IMG/VR virus record: IMGVR_UViG_2894708747_000001
Strand: one strand, 5' to 3'
Source of the DNA: a virus
Taxonomy: Duplodnaviria > Caudoviricetes
Length of the DNA: 64,000 bases
In this document: piece by piece, positions 16,498 through 26,941 of the stretch
Numbering within the stretch: position 1 is the stretch's first letter
How the letters are laid out: every line of letters starts with the position of its first letter
Notes under the pieces: generated by a model
The model's database searches: none
What the model was told of the DNA's origin: nothing
Seen by the model: only the letters and a program-made list of their open reading frames with translations
Program-made: the position numbers and the translations under genes

Positions 16498-17089
16498 TAA
16501 AATTACGGTGGTTAGTCCGACAAACAAATCCAAGATTGTTAAATATAAATTAGAAGAAGACTGCGTTAACTTGCGGAAAAGTGGTCTTTCTTACCAGGAA
16601 ATTGCCGAAGAGTTAAACGCTTCAGGTAAAGTTCCTGAAGATGATCCTATTGACGAGTATGTTGTTATGCGTTTTTTAAAAAAAATTCCCCAAGTAACGA
16701 AACAACTTGTTAAAGAAGATAAAAAACGATTATTGCAGGTAGTCAATACCAACTTCGATATTCTTCATGAGATAAATACTTTGTTTGGTAAAACAAAAAG
16801 CCTCCTAGAAAATATGGAAGCTGACGCTTACGATAAAGGAAAATTAATTAATCCTTATCAGTTTAAAGCTATAGTTTCAGAGATGCGGGAAATGCTACGG
16901 CAAATGATGGAGATTCAAAAAGAGATGAATGATTATGAAAATGTAAGGATGTTTATGGAAATAGTTTTAGAAACTTTACAAAAAGAAGCTCCTGATAAGT
17001 TACCTATCATAGTAGAAAAACTGAAAATGGCTAAAGGAACGCAATGGTTTGCTAATCTACTGGAAACCAAGCGTTTAACTAATGATTAG
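16487..17089 (+). CDS. putative terminase small subunit
   Basis: N-terminal HTH (LRKSGLSYQEIAEELN), helical oligomerisation region, position upstream of terL. Confidence 0.55.
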   Translation: MSDDKITVVSPTNKSKIVKYKLEEDCVNLRKSGLSYQEIAEELNASGKVPEDDPIDEYVVMRFLKKIPQVTKQLVKEDKKRLLQVVNTNFDILHEINTLFGKTKSLLENMEADAYDKGKLINPYQFKAIVSEMREMLRQMMEIQKEMNDYENVRMFMEIVLETLQKEAPDKLPIIVEKLKMAKGTQWFANLLETKRLTND

Positions 17090-17099
17090 GGGTGTTTTT

Positions 17100-17648
17100 A
17101 TGAATAAAAGAATTGGTGAGGTAACTTTATATTGGGGAACAATGTTTGCTGGTAAAACGACTAGACTTATTCAAGATTTAAAACAGGCGGGAGAGGGGGC
17201 AATTTGTTTTAAACCCGCCACCGATACGAGATATAGTCATAATATATCGAAAACACATGACGGAGTTGAATTTCCTGTTATAACTATCAAACAAGCTAGT
17301 GATATTTTCCTTTTACTCGAACCGCATATTACTACCATAGGAATTGAGGAAGCATCTCTTTTTTACGATGATCCTACCCTTATCCCCACCATCATTACTC
17401 TGCGGGATATGGGTTATAACGTTATAATTACGGGTATAGATCGCAATTTAAAAGATGAACCTTTCTGTCAAATGCATAAAATAGCCGCTCTTGCTGATAA
17501 CTGTATTAAGCTCAGGGCTAAATGTGTGCAATGCGGACGGCCAGCATCTATGAATTACTTTAAAGGTAAAGATAAATCTAATCTTATTGGCGGGGCTGAC
17601 AAATGGGAACCCCTTTGCAGGTCGTGCTATATGGAAAGGAAAAGCTGA
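17100..17648 (+). CDS. tdk: thymidine kinase
   Basis: GTMFAGKTT P-loop, FKPxxDTRY, IEEA, CxxC Zn sites, IGGADKWEPLCRSC. Confidence 0.9.
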   Translation: MNKRIGEVTLYWGTMFAGKTTRLIQDLKQAGEGAICFKPATDTRYSHNISKTHDGVEFPVITIKQASDIFLLLEPHITTIGIEEASLFYDDPTLIPTIITLRDMGYNVIITGIDRNLKDEPFCQMHKIAALADNCIKLRAKCVQCGRPASMNYFKGKDKSNLIGGADKWEPLCRSCYMERKS

Positions 17649-17649
17649 A

Positions 17650-17886
17650 ATGAAGGAAATAAAATCAATCTTTTACTTAGTACAAATAGATGGCAAACTT
17701 TATAAAGCCGTAGCCATTTACGTTATTTGTGGTAAATGCCAATCATATTTAGAACTTAAAGAAGAAAAATTAGATTTAAAATCAGAATGGGCATATCAAT
17801 GTCCTTACTGTGGAGAAGTTTATTCCTCACCGTTTGTTTACCCAATTTTTAAGTATGAGCCTGCGGATGTGAGTAGTCATGAGTGA
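17650..17886 (+). CDS. Zn-ribbon protein
   Basis: CGKC...CPYC. Confidence 0.65.
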   Translation: MKEIKSIFYLVQIDGKLYKAVAIYVICGKCQSYLELKEEKLDLKSEWAYQCPYCGEVYSSPFVYPIFKYEPADVSSHE

Positions 17887-19582
17887 CCTAACAACCTTGT
17901 TAGATGATTTTATTGAACTGGCAGGAAAGTATAATCCTGCCAGTGGTTTATGGCGAGAAAAACCTGTTGATTTACTTACTTTTTTTACATCTAAAGATTT
18001 TTTAGGAGAAAAACCATATCCAGGTAAACAAACAGAATTACTGGAAGCGGTTAATGAAATGCTATGGTGGAAATTAACTCGTGAAGAAGGAGTCTGCCGT
18101 GATACTTTAAAACAAGTAACCGAATGTACGGTATTATTCGGCAAAGGCTCAGGAAAAGATTTCCTGGCTTCTGGTATTTTAGCATATGTAGCTTATTTAC
18201 TATGCTGTATGAATGACCCCCACGCCACCTTTGGATTCGGACAAGATGAACCTATTGATTTAATTAATGTCGCTATAAATGCTTATCAAGCTAATAATGT
18301 ATTTTTTAAAAAATTAAAGGCACGTTTGCTTAATTGTCCTTGGTTTAAACGAGTTAATACTTACCCGAATAACTACAACGAATTTCAATTAACCAAAAAT
18401 CAGATTCGTTTTTATAAAAACATAACCGCCCACTCCGCCCATTCAGAAGCAGATAGTTTTGAAGGATTTAACCCCCTTGTAGTTATTTTTGATGAGATAG
18501 GTGGTTTTGAATATAAGAACGCTGAAAATTGTTATTCTACCCTGCGTTCTTCGGCTGTTTCACGGTTTAACGATAAAATGTTGTTGATATTTATTTCTTT
18601 CCCTCGTTCCCAGGATGATTTTATGATGAAAAAATATAATGAAGCAATCCAGAAAAAAGATCCTCAAGTATTTGCAATGAAAGGGAAGTCCTGGGAAGTT
18701 AATCCCAAAATTAAAAGAGAATCTTTAGAAAAAGACTATCAGACTGATCCTGAAGGAGCAAAAATAAAATATGAGTGCGAACCGCCTAAATACAGTCAAG
18801 GCTTATTTCAGTTCCCTGAAAAAATTGATGAAGTAGTAATGGTAGGCAAAAAAGCGCAGTGTCCCAACTTAATAGTGACTGAAAAAATAACTACAAGAAC
18901 TTTGCACAATGGCGAACAACGGCATTTTGTGGGCCTAGAATTATACAATCTAAATCTTGATCCTTCTTATGTTTACTATCTTGGTGGAGATGGAGGCGTA
19001 GAGACAGACAGTTATGTTATCTCTTTATTTCATGCTGAACCTGTTTTAATTACTGTGGTTGAAAATGGGGAGACATACGAAAAGTGGGTTAATAAACCTG
19101 TGGAAGATTTAATATTAGAATGGCGACCCAATAAAAAAGATAGACTACCAGTAGATCTGTTAAATGTAGCTGATATTTTGGAGCAAATATGTAAACAGGT
19201 TTATGTAAAAAAAGCCCTTTTTGATAAATTTAATTCAGCAGAGGTAGTACAGAGACTAATGAGTTACGGTGTAGAGGCTGAAGATAAGAACTGGAGCAAT
19301 CCTTTTCAAGTCCAAATTTATCAAAATTTAAAATCATTAATCTATACTAATCAGATAGCTCTTCTTGATCATACGCTAGATACAGATGATCGACTAAATG
19401 CCAACGAAGAATTAAAAGCAATTAAAATAATTAACGGCAATAAAATCGATCACGATCCTGGAAAGTCTAAAGACTATTCCGATGCACGGGCGGGGGCGGT
19501 ATGGGTATGTTCTACTGACGAACCTGTTCAGACAAAACACTTTAGTATGCCGATAATCGCAGGGGTAAAACGAAAAGGTTAG
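17879..19582 (+). CDS. terL: terminase large subunit
   Basis: GKGSGKD Walker A, VVIFDE Walker B, ISFPR coupling motif, C-terminal nuclease KIDH..SKDYSDA. Confidence 0.92.
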   Translation: MSDLTTLLDDFIELAGKYNPASGLWREKPVDLLTFFTSKDFLGEKPYPGKQTELLEAVNEMLWWKLTREEGVCRDTLKQVTECTVLFGKGSGKDFLASGILAYVAYLLCCMNDPHATFGFGQDEPIDLINVAINAYQANNVFFKKLKARLLNCPWFKRVNTYPNNYNEFQLTKNQIRFYKNITAHSAHSEADSFEGFNPLVVIFDEIGGFEYKNAENCYSTLRSSAVSRFNDKMLLIFISFPRSQDDFMMKKYNEAIQKKDPQVFAMKGKSWEVNPKIKRESLEKDYQTDPEGAKIKYECEPPKYSQGLFQFPEKIDEVVMVGKKAQCPNLIVTEKITTRTLHNGEQRHFVGLELYNLNLDPSYVYYLGGDGGVETDSYVISLFHAEPVLITVVENGETYEKWVNKPVEDLILEWRPNKKDRLPVDLLNVADILEQICKQVYVKKALFDKFNSAEVVQRLMSYGVEAEDKNWSNPFQVQIYQNLKSLIYTNQIALLDHTLDTDDRLNANEELKAIKIINGNKIDHDPGKSKDYSDARAGAVWVCSTDEPVQTKHFSMPIIAGVKRKG

Positions 19583-19608
19583 AGCTGTTTCAAAACAGCT
19601 CTTTTTTT
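19581..19608 (+). terminator. intrinsic terminator after terL
   Basis: AGAGCTGTTT/AAACAGCTCT followed by T run. Confidence 0.8.
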
Positions 19609-19646
19609 ATTTTCTAAGGTGGAACCATATAACTATAAATATATCG

Positions 19647-19771
19647 CTGTCTATTTTTCAAACTACAATTGTCTAAAAATCATACTTCAGTTGTCTAATT
19701 TTCATACTTCAGTCTCCTACTTTTTAGACACTAAGAATTATAATAGAAGAATTATAAAGAGAAGAATTATA
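19647..19771. repeat. iteron-like 22-bp tandem repeats plus three AT-rich repeats (putative replication origin)
   Basis: 22-mers at 19647, 19669, 19691 and a degenerate copy at 19713; AAGAATTATA at 19733, 19747, 19762. Confidence 0.65.
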
Positions 19772-19952
19772 GAGGATCTGGGGGAAGCTAACGCTTCCCA
19801 ACCCCTTTCTCCGCTGTTCAAAGAAGGCTATCGTTAGAACTAACCAATTACATGACCCCACCCCCTACCCCCTCCCCGCGAACCGTGAATTTTTGGACTG
19901 TAGCAGTGGAGTTAAGGAAAGTTTTAGATTTTGTTGTTTCCTTCTTAGTTTC

Positions 19953-19962
19953 GTCTAACCTA
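19953..19962 (+). promoter_or_regulatory. putative late promoter element GTCTANNCTA
   Basis: Also at 22239, 28114, 41733, 55984 and 57299; variants at 16225, 29134 and 37388, all upstream of late genes. Confidence 0.55.
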
Positions 19963-19991
19963 ATTTGAGGTAATACTTAGGGGGAATAATA

Positions 19992-20765
19992 ATGCGGCAG
20001 ATTTTATCAAAATATTCTGGTGAACACCAGTCTATTTTTATAGTTTTTATTGGTGATGTTCATTTTGGTAATAAGTATTTTAATCATTCTTACTTAGAAA
20101 ACGCTTTAAATTTCGTAGCCAGCCATCGGCAGCGGTGCCGTTTGGTGCTAATGGGAGATTTGTTAGAGGCGGCGACTAAAACTTCGGTGGGGCGGGCAGT
20201 GTACGATGAAAACTATCCTACGCAAAAGCAGTTTGAAAAGGCAGTAGAGACTTTTCTTCCTTTTGCTGAAAATATTGATTTAGTTTTAGAGGGTAATCAT
20301 GAAGAGCGCATTATTAAAGATACTTCTTTTGAGATTACGCAGGAGATGTGTCATAGGTGGGGGCGGATTGATGCTTATGGTAAATTCTCAGCAGTGGTCA
20401 ATTTTAATTTGAGTGGTGGTTTAACTTATTCCCTTTACGCATGGCATGGTGCTACTTCGAGTACTAGGGAGTCTGGAGCCATAAATGGGTTATTAGGGAT
20501 GAGGGAAAGGTGTGTAGCCCATATTTATGCTATGGGACATACTCATAAATTGTTAACTGTGCCGAAAAAGATTGTGGTTCCCAATCCCTCTCAAGAGAGG
20601 GTACAGGAAGTAGAACAGTTGTTTATTAATACTGGTTCTGCCTTGGATTATGGTGGCTATGGTGAACAAAAAGGTTTTAGCTTAGTGAAGGCGGGATTTG
20701 GGGCGGTGCAGATATTTGCTGATAAACGGAAGATGATTTTTCATAAGATTGAGGATTTAGTTTAG
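19992..20765 (+). CDS. calcineurin-like metallophosphoesterase
   Basis: GDVHFG, GDLLE, GNHE, WHG, GHTH motifs. Confidence 0.88.
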   Translation: MRQILSKYSGEHQSIFIVFIGDVHFGNKYFNHSYLENALNFVASHRQRCRLVLMGDLLEAATKTSVGRAVYDENYPTQKQFEKAVETFLPFAENIDLVLEGNHEERIIKDTSFEITQEMCHRWGRIDAYGKFSAVVNFNLSGGLTYSLYAWHGATSSTRESGAINGLLGMRERCVAHIYAMGHTHKLLTVPKKIVVPNPSQERVQEVEQLFINTGSALDYGGYGEQKGFSLVKAGFGAVQIFADKRKMIFHKIEDLV

Positions 20766-20776
20766 GGGGTAAGAAA

Positions 20777-22234
20777 ATGCGAAAGAGGATAAGAGGTAGA
20801 TTGAAAGAGCGTCAAGTTATTTCTAATCAGTTAGCGACTAGCAATAATAATGTGCCGTCTGTATCTGATTTTGGCGGGGCGCGGACGACTATTCCTAGGT
20901 TTATGAATGGGGGCGGGGGTGCTTTTGGTGCTTTACCTAAGCGCACTCAACGGGATCTCGGTTTAGATGAACGCCGCTTTGTTAATTATTCTATTGATCA
21001 GTTGGTGGATATTCTTACTGATGTTCATCCTGATGTATCGTTTGCGTTATGGAATTTTTTACGCATTGGTAATAGTGGTTATACTATCTCAGTAAGAAGG
21101 TTGGGTTCGGGTAAACCTTATCCCCAGGCAGAACGGGATATTAAAGAATTTATTGATCGTTTATCAATGCCTAATATGAATCAATTTGAGAAATCACGGT
21201 CTTTCCATAAGGTTTTGAATCAACTTTTTTTGAGTGCGGTAACGCGTGGAGCGGTGGCACTAGAGTTGGTGTTATTACCAGGGGCAACTGATGTGGCTTT
21301 TTTGGCCCCTGTAGATCCTGCCACTATCGATTTTCAGTTTATTAATGATCGTTTTGTTCCTTTTCAGGATAATTTGAAGCGGTCTTTAGATGTGCCAACT
21401 TTTATTTATGAGGGCCTAGATGAGCGTATTGATGATCCTTATGGGCGTTCTCCCTTATTGGGAGCTCTTAGTATGGTGCTTTTTCAGTTGCAGGTTTTAA
21501 ATGATATAAAAGCAGTGGTGCATAATCAGGGTTATCCACGCTTGGATATTAAAGTTTTAGAAGAAGTTTTGTTAGCCAGGATGCCTATTGCTATCCGTAA
21601 TAATGAACAGTTAAAACAGGAGTGGTTAAATAATAAACTTAATGAAATTATTAAAATGTATAGCCAGTTAGAGCCAGATGATACTTTTGTTCACTTTGAT
21701 AGTATTGATATTGATATGGTTGGCGGTAAGGGTAGTGGCGGGGCAATGTTAGACCCACAGAAGTTAATGGAAGCTATAGATAATTTAATTATGAGCGGCT
21801 TAAAAACCTTATCAACAATTTTGGGGCGGCGGTCAACGGGTAATACTGAGAGTTTCGCCAAAATGGAGATTAAATTATATTTACAAGGTGTAAAAGCCAT
21901 ACAAGACTTAGTTGCTTCTGTTATGGTGAGGGCTTTAACGATTTTTCTTAACTTACGGGGTAAACAGGGTATTGTTGAGTTTAAGTTTAAGCCTGTAGAA
22001 ATTCGGACTGAACTTGAACAGGCTCAATTTCAGCAGATTGCTTTACAGAATTATGCTTATATGCGTGATCAGGGCTGGATTTCGCAAGAGGAGGCGGCGC
22101 AGATGGCCGTGGGCCATGCGCCTGTGGGTGAGCCTGATTGGGAACACCTTGGAAAAAGCACCATTACCAATAAAGATGGTTCTCCTACTAGTGGGCAGAA
22201 GGATGAAAAAGGAACTAGTGCTCCAAATAATTAA
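20777..22234 (+). CDS. portal protein
   Basis: 485 aa; DDPYGRSPL motif; position between terL and the head protease. Confidence 0.85.
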   Translation: MRKRIRGRLKERQVISNQLATSNNNVPSVSDFGGARTTIPRFMNGGGGAFGALPKRTQRDLGLDERRFVNYSIDQLVDILTDVHPDVSFALWNFLRIGNSGYTISVRRLGSGKPYPQAERDIKEFIDRLSMPNMNQFEKSRSFHKVLNQLFLSAVTRGAVALELVLLPGATDVAFLAPVDPATIDFQFINDRFVPFQDNLKRSLDVPTFIYEGLDERIDDPYGRSPLLGALSMVLFQLQVLNDIKAVVHNQGYPRLDIKVLEEVLLARMPIAIRNNEQLKQEWLNNKLNEIIKMYSQLEPDDTFVHFDSIDIDMVGGKGSGGAMLDPQKLMEAIDNLIMSGLKTLSTILGRRSTGNTESFAKMEIKLYLQGVKAIQDLVASVMVRALTIFLNLRGKQGIVEFKFKPVEIRTELEQAQFQQIALQNYAYMRDQGWISQEEAAQMAVGHAPVGEPDWEHLGKSTITNKDGSPTSGQKDEKGTSAPNN

Positions 22235-22267
22235 ATGTGTCTAAACTAGGAAGGGAGTGGTGGTAAT

Positions 22268-24058
22268 ATGCCTGCTGAGAGTTATCATGATTTTCCTCTA
22301 TCTGATAATTATAATTGGGATGCTGACGCGGCGGAACTTGGGCTCAGGCGGTGGGCTTCCAGCGATGGAAGCGGTGATAAAGAAAAGATTGATTGGAATA
22401 AGTTAAAACAAGTCTATTTTTGGCATGAGGCGGGGGAATTATCTGATTTTGGGCAGTTAAAATTTCCTTACTGCCGTATAGAGGATGGGAGGCCGCATGT
22501 GGTGCATAATGCGGTGCAAAATGCTTTGGCAAGGATAGATGGTAGTACTATTCCTGAAAGGGATAAAGAGGAGGTGCGGCGAGTGGCTGAGAGACAAATG
22601 GCAAGATTTAATAGTGGTTCTTCTAATAATAGTGCTAGTGTGGTGGGGAGGCCAACTCCTGAGCAGTTAGCCAAGATTAATAGATTTTCTCTTCGCCCTC
22701 TTAGTGCGGAGGAAGTTTTTGTGTTTCCCGATATGATGATTGATAATCAGGAGACAGCATATAATACGGTTATGCATCCAAATATTCTTAACAAGTTTGT
22801 AGAAGATGCGAATAAAGGTATCGGGTTATTGATGAATCATAATCAGAGATCTCTTCCTGTAGGTCGTTCATTTGATTCTAAACTAGCGATAGAGCATAAT
22901 CCTGAAACAGGACAATATATCCATTCTGTTTACGGATATTTTTATATTGATTTAGGTAGGCAGACTGAGAGTGGTATGTCTACGGATGATATTGTTAAGG
23001 GAATAACTGCGGGTACGGTTTTTGATACTTCAATAGGTTTTAATGCTGATTCTTGGAAATGTTCTATTTGTGGTAATGATATAAGGGATTTCATGTCTTG
23101 TCCGCACATACCTGGGGAAAAGTATGTTGTTACTAGGGATGGTAAAGATGTTATTGAAAAGTGTATAGTAATTGTAGGCGAAGATGGTAAGGGAGAGTTA
23201 ATAGAAAACTCTTTGGTTTTTGCGGGGGCTTGTGATCGGGCGACAATAACTAAGGAGTTTTCAGCTAAAGGTGTTAATGATTTAGAAAAAGGTTCTAAAC
23301 TACACTTAGTTGATAATATTAAAAATATACCATTAAACGCAACTATCTATGGATATTACACTAAAGATGGCCCTGTTTTGTTTACTGATACTAGTGAGAG
23401 AACTAACGGGGCTGAGATTTTGAAAAGAAGGAGTGAAGAACAGGTGGAGTTAAAAGAATTGCAGGAGATTTTAGCGAGGTTTGGTATCCAGGCGGAAACA
23501 AAAGAGCAACTGGAGACTGAGTTGGCGGCAAAGGTAGCAGATGACAAAGTTGTGAGCTTAGAAACTGAATTAGCTCAGGTTAAAACTGAATTAGAGACGA
23601 TTAAGGAAGAGCTAGTAAAGAAGGATGAAATTATTACTGAATTGATGAAAGCTAATGAGGAACTTACGGAAAAAGCTGGTTTGGTAGAAACTTATCGTAT
23701 TGATTTGATAAATAAGGCCCTGGAGCTTGGGGTGCGGGCGCAGGGTAACGCTTTCCAGACTGAACTATTTAAGAAATTTCTTAATACACTCAGCATTGAT
23801 GAAATTAAAGAGGTTATTAAAGGATTTGAGGCAGAAGTGGCCGCCAAGTTTGAAGGTGCTAGGTTTACTGTGCCTTCTGATAGGACAATTAGGGCACGTA
23901 ATAATGAACCAAGTTCTCGCGATGATTTTGAAACTGAAGAAGAGTTTCGTACTTTTGTAGCTGAGAAAGCTGTAGAGTATGCCAAAGCTAACAATGTTTC
24001 TCTTGGTGAAGCAACTAAATTAATGTATAAAAAATTTGCTAAAGGCGGTGAAGAATAA
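22268..24058 (+). CDS. prohead protease/scaffold fusion
   Basis: LLMNHNQRSLPVGR, DTSIGF, CSICG..CPH, ENSLVFAGA; C-terminal coiled coil. Confidence 0.8.
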   Translation: MPAESYHDFPLSDNYNWDADAAELGLRRWASSDGSGDKEKIDWNKLKQVYFWHEAGELSDFGQLKFPYCRIEDGRPHVVHNAVQNALARIDGSTIPERDKEEVRRVAERQMARFNSGSSNNSASVVGRPTPEQLAKINRFSLRPLSAEEVFVFPDMMIDNQETAYNTVMHPNILNKFVEDANKGIGLLMNHNQRSLPVGRSFDSKLAIEHNPETGQYIHSVYGYFYIDLGRQTESGMSTDDIVKGITAGTVFDTSIGFNADSWKCSICGNDIRDFMSCPHIPGEKYVVTRDGKDVIEKCIVIVGEDGKGELIENSLVFAGACDRATITKEFSAKGVNDLEKGSKLHLVDNIKNIPLNATIYGYYTKDGPVLFTDTSERTNGAEILKRRSEEQVELKELQEILARFGIQAETKEQLETELAAKVADDKVVSLETELAQVKTELETIKEELVKKDEIITELMKANEELTEKAGLVETYRIDLINKALELGVRAQGNAFQTELFKKFLNTLSIDEIKEVIKGFEAEVAAKFEGARFTVPSDRTIRARNNEPSSRDDFETEEEFRTFVAEKAVEYAKANNVSLGEATKLMYKKFAKGGEE

Positions 24059-24471
24059 TGGCTGGTCAGTACACGGGATTACAGAAAACTTATAAAATTA
24101 TGGATGCAGATGGGGTTGCTCTCTATCATGGTGTAACTTATGGTTCTAATAATGATGAATGTGTTAAACCCACTGTAGATAATGCTGTGCCCCTGGGGAT
24201 TGTGACTAATGACGAACGTGTTAATGATCCTTTGCGGGCAGGTGGTGATCAGACGGGGCGTAATGTAGCGGTTCAATTAGAAGGGATTGCAAATCTTCTG
24301 TTAGCTGAACCTGTAGCTTACGGTGGCCGTGTTATCTTGGGAGCTGGTGGTGTTGGCAAAGCCCTTCCGTCTACTCCTGGAACTTATAATGTTATAGGTT
24401 TTGCTGAAAAGAGTGGGGCGGCAGGAGATGTTATTCCTGTTCGCATGAAATACCATGTATTTACTGTTTAA
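24058..24471 (+). CDS. capsid decoration/cement protein
   Basis: Gly/Ala-rich beta protein with AAGDVIPV motif, directly before the MCP. Confidence 0.75.
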   Translation: MAGQYTGLQKTYKIMDADGVALYHGVTYGSNNDECVKPTVDNAVPLGIVTNDERVNDPLRAGGDQTGRNVAVQLEGIANLLLAEPVAYGGRVILGAGGVGKALPSTPGTYNVIGFAEKSGAAGDVIPVRMKYHVFTV

Positions 24472-24496
24472 TTTAAGTGAAAAGGAGATGAGCTAG

Positions 24497-25459
24497 ATGC
24501 CTACTGTGCAGAAAGTTCATATAGATCAGGCATTAACAAATATTTCAATCGGATATAAAAATGAACAGTATATTGCTGATCAGATTTTCCTTCCTGTTCC
24601 TGTAGGTAAGCAGTCAGATAAATATTATGTTTATGGTAAAGAACGTTTTCGTCAAAATGATGACCGTAGGGCTCCTGGTACGGAAGCTAATGAAATTAAC
24701 TGGACTCTGTCGAATGATCAGTATTATTGTGAAGGACATGCTCTGCGTCATGCAATTCCTGATGAAGAACGCTCCAATGCTGATGATGAGTTCCAGCTTG
24801 AAGCCGATGCTACGGAACTGGTAACGGAAGGTATCCTTTTGAATAAGGAAGTAGATGCCGCCAGCAAACTGCTGGATGCAAGTAATTACGATCCTGGGCT
24901 TTCTATGACTCTTGGTAGTGCAGGTGCCCCTGCAAAGTGGAGTGACTTCACTAATTCTGATCCGCTTAAGGACGTAGCAAAAGCTAAAGAAGCTATTCAT
25001 AAGAAATCGGGTTTGCGGGCAAATACTCTGATTCTTGCGGAGCCTGTGTTTAATGTTCTCCAGATGCATCCGAAGCTGGTGGATATTATTAAATACGTCC
25101 AGCGTGGTATTGTGACTATGGATTTGATGGCGGCGGCTTTTGGGGTAGAAAAAATTCTGGTTGGTTCTGCTCTGAAGTCTACAGCTATGAATCCTGGACA
25201 GGAAGATATTTTAGCTTATATTTGGGGTAATGCCGCTATTCTAGCTTATATCCCGCCCCGTCCTGGAAAAAAGATTCCTGCCTTGGGTTATTCCTTTATG
25301 TGGAATAAAGATGGGCAGGGGGCCGTGCAGGTACGTCAATGGTATGAGCAGGGCCGTAGGGCAACCATCATTGAAGCTGAACGTTGGTATGATCAGAAGA
25401 TTGTTTCTTCGGTGGCTGGCTTCTTGTTTGCGGATTGTGTCACCCCGCTGTCTAATTAA
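24497..25459 (+). CDS. major capsid protein
   Basis: IDQALTNISIGY, RAPG, KWSDxxNSDP motifs; size and position. Confidence 0.9.
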   Translation: MPTVQKVHIDQALTNISIGYKNEQYIADQIFLPVPVGKQSDKYYVYGKERFRQNDDRRAPGTEANEINWTLSNDQYYCEGHALRHAIPDEERSNADDEFQLEADATELVTEGILLNKEVDAASKLLDASNYDPGLSMTLGSAGAPAKWSDFTNSDPLKDVAKAKEAIHKKSGLRANTLILAEPVFNVLQMHPKLVDIIKYVQRGIVTMDLMAAAFGVEKILVGSALKSTAMNPGQEDILAYIWGNAAILAYIPPRPGKKIPALGYSFMWNKDGQGAVQVRQWYEQGRRATIIEAERWYDQKIVSSVAGFLFADCVTPLSN

Positions 25460-25492
25460 TTAGTTTTATTGGATAAATTTTATTAAGTAACG

Positions 25493-25535
25493 GGTCGCTA
25501 CTGTGGGCCTGTATCGGCCCGTAGCGACCTTTTTT
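25493..25535 (+). terminator. intrinsic terminator after the MCP
   Basis: GGTCGCTAC/GTAGCGACC followed by T6. Confidence 0.75.
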
Positions 25536-25548
25536 ATAGGAGGGATAA

Positions 25549-25881
25549 GTGATGGCTAAGAAAATGAAAAAAGAAGGTGTTGAAGAAATCTTTAATCAGA
25601 TACAAGAAGGGATTGAAGAAGAAAAAAGTTTAGAGGAAGTTTCGGTACGAGAGGTTAAACTGGGAGTATCAGAACTTCTAGTGGTGGATATTTTACCCGA
25701 AGTACGGCAGGTTGTAGTAGAAAATCTTGGGGGCGGCGATGTGTATGTAGATCCGAAGGCTATTGCCTTTACTCCTGATAAATGTGTTGCTCCTGGTGGG
25801 AAAGTTGTATTTGAGGGTGTGAAAAAAGTATTTTTGGAGGCAACTAGTCGGCCTGTGGTGAAGATTTCCCAGTTTAAGTAG
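25549..25881 (+). CDS. hypothetical virion-associated protein
   Basis: GGAGGG RBS, head module. Confidence 0.7.
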   Translation: MMAKKMKKEGVEEIFNQIQEGIEEEKSLEEVSVREVKLGVSELLVVDILPEVRQVVVENLGGGDVYVDPKAIAFTPDKCVAPGGKVVFEGVKKVFLEATSRPVVKISQFK

Positions 25882-25892
25882 GGGGCGATAGT

Positions 25893-26315
25893 ATGGATAT
25901 TCTTACTGAAGGATATGAAGATTTGGTTCGTTCCCGATTTGGTGTAGATGACAGTGATTTACCCAACCAAGCTATTAACTCTCCATTAATTGCTGGTTTG
26001 GCAGAAGTAGTAGTAAAAAAGAGAGTGCCTGATTATGCGGCGGCGAGTGAGGAAGATAAGTTATACTTGCAAAATGCAGTAATCGCTTATATTTGTTATC
26101 TATTAGCCCCCTCCATGCCGATGCGGGTAAATGTAGAAGTTCAAACGTTGGATACTCGCTGGAAGAAAGGAAAGGTAGATTGGACGCAGGCGGCTAAAGA
26201 TTTTTTAAATGACTTTGAGTTTTTTTTGTCCCAAATAACGTCTGTATCTGTAGTAATAGCTGACAGTCCTATTTGCGGATTAATTTCAGGTACACGAGAG
26301 CCAATTGGGACTTAG
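25893..26315 (+). CDS. putative head-tail adaptor
   Basis: Size, helical pattern, synteny. Confidence 0.6.
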   Translation: MDILTEGYEDLVRSRFGVDDSDLPNQAINSPLIAGLAEVVVKKRVPDYAAASEEDKLYLQNAVIAYICYLLAPSMPMRVNVEVQTLDTRWKKGKVDWTQAAKDFLNDFEFFLSQITSVSVVIADSPICGLISGTREPIGT

Positions 26316-26939
26316 GTGGTGGCTGGAGTGATACAAGGTAAACGAAAGATAATCTTGAAAGAAGGGGTTCCCGTAGAAGTAATTTCGGTTTTGGGTGGGG
26401 AAGTGCAAACAACAATAGCTTTAGTAGGTAGGGCGAGTAAACAGTTTAATAATACTGCTTCCTTGGAAAGTCATAGACGGGGGCATTTTTTGCCTGAAAT
26501 AACTGTAGACAGTGGTTATATTATTCACAATTTGGTTACTGATGATTATTATATTGTTGTTTCTACTTACGATGAAGTAATAGAAAATCAAAAAGCGGCT
26601 ACTGTCGCCCACATGGTTAGGTCTAATGGGGTTATTGATGTGAGTGGAGAGGTAGAGGTTGCTGATGAGAATGGTAACATTAAAAAGCTGGCTCAAATTA
26701 AATATGCTGATTTGCGGGTATATGCTCAGGGTATTACTTTTGATTTAATGCAGTATCAGCCAGGATTCTTTGCTGATAGCAAGTTTATTCTTTATGCTCC
26801 TGGTGTGGATATAAATATCCTTGATCGGATTGTATTTAAAGTAGGAGGGCGGCAGATACCTTTAAAAGTAACTACAACTGATTATATTAGTTATCCTGGT
26901 CTGGTGTTGATACAGGTTCATGCGGAAACGAGGCGATAA
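26316..26939 (+). CDS. putative head closure protein
   Basis: Beta-rich, synteny. Confidence 0.5.
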   Translation: MVAGVIQGKRKIILKEGVPVEVISVLGGEVQTTIALVGRASKQFNNTASLESHRRGHFLPEITVDSGYIIHNLVTDDYYIVVSTYDEVIENQKAATVAHMVRSNGVIDVSGEVEVADENGNIKKLAQIKYADLRVYAQGITFDLMQYQPGFFADSKFILYAPGVDINILDRIVFKVGGRQIPLKVTTTDYISYPGLVLIQVHAETRR

Positions 26940-26941
26940 AT

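Noticed and set aside
19619-19837. 72-aa ORF after terL
   Set aside because: It is a translation of the iteron and AT-rich repeats and has no RBS
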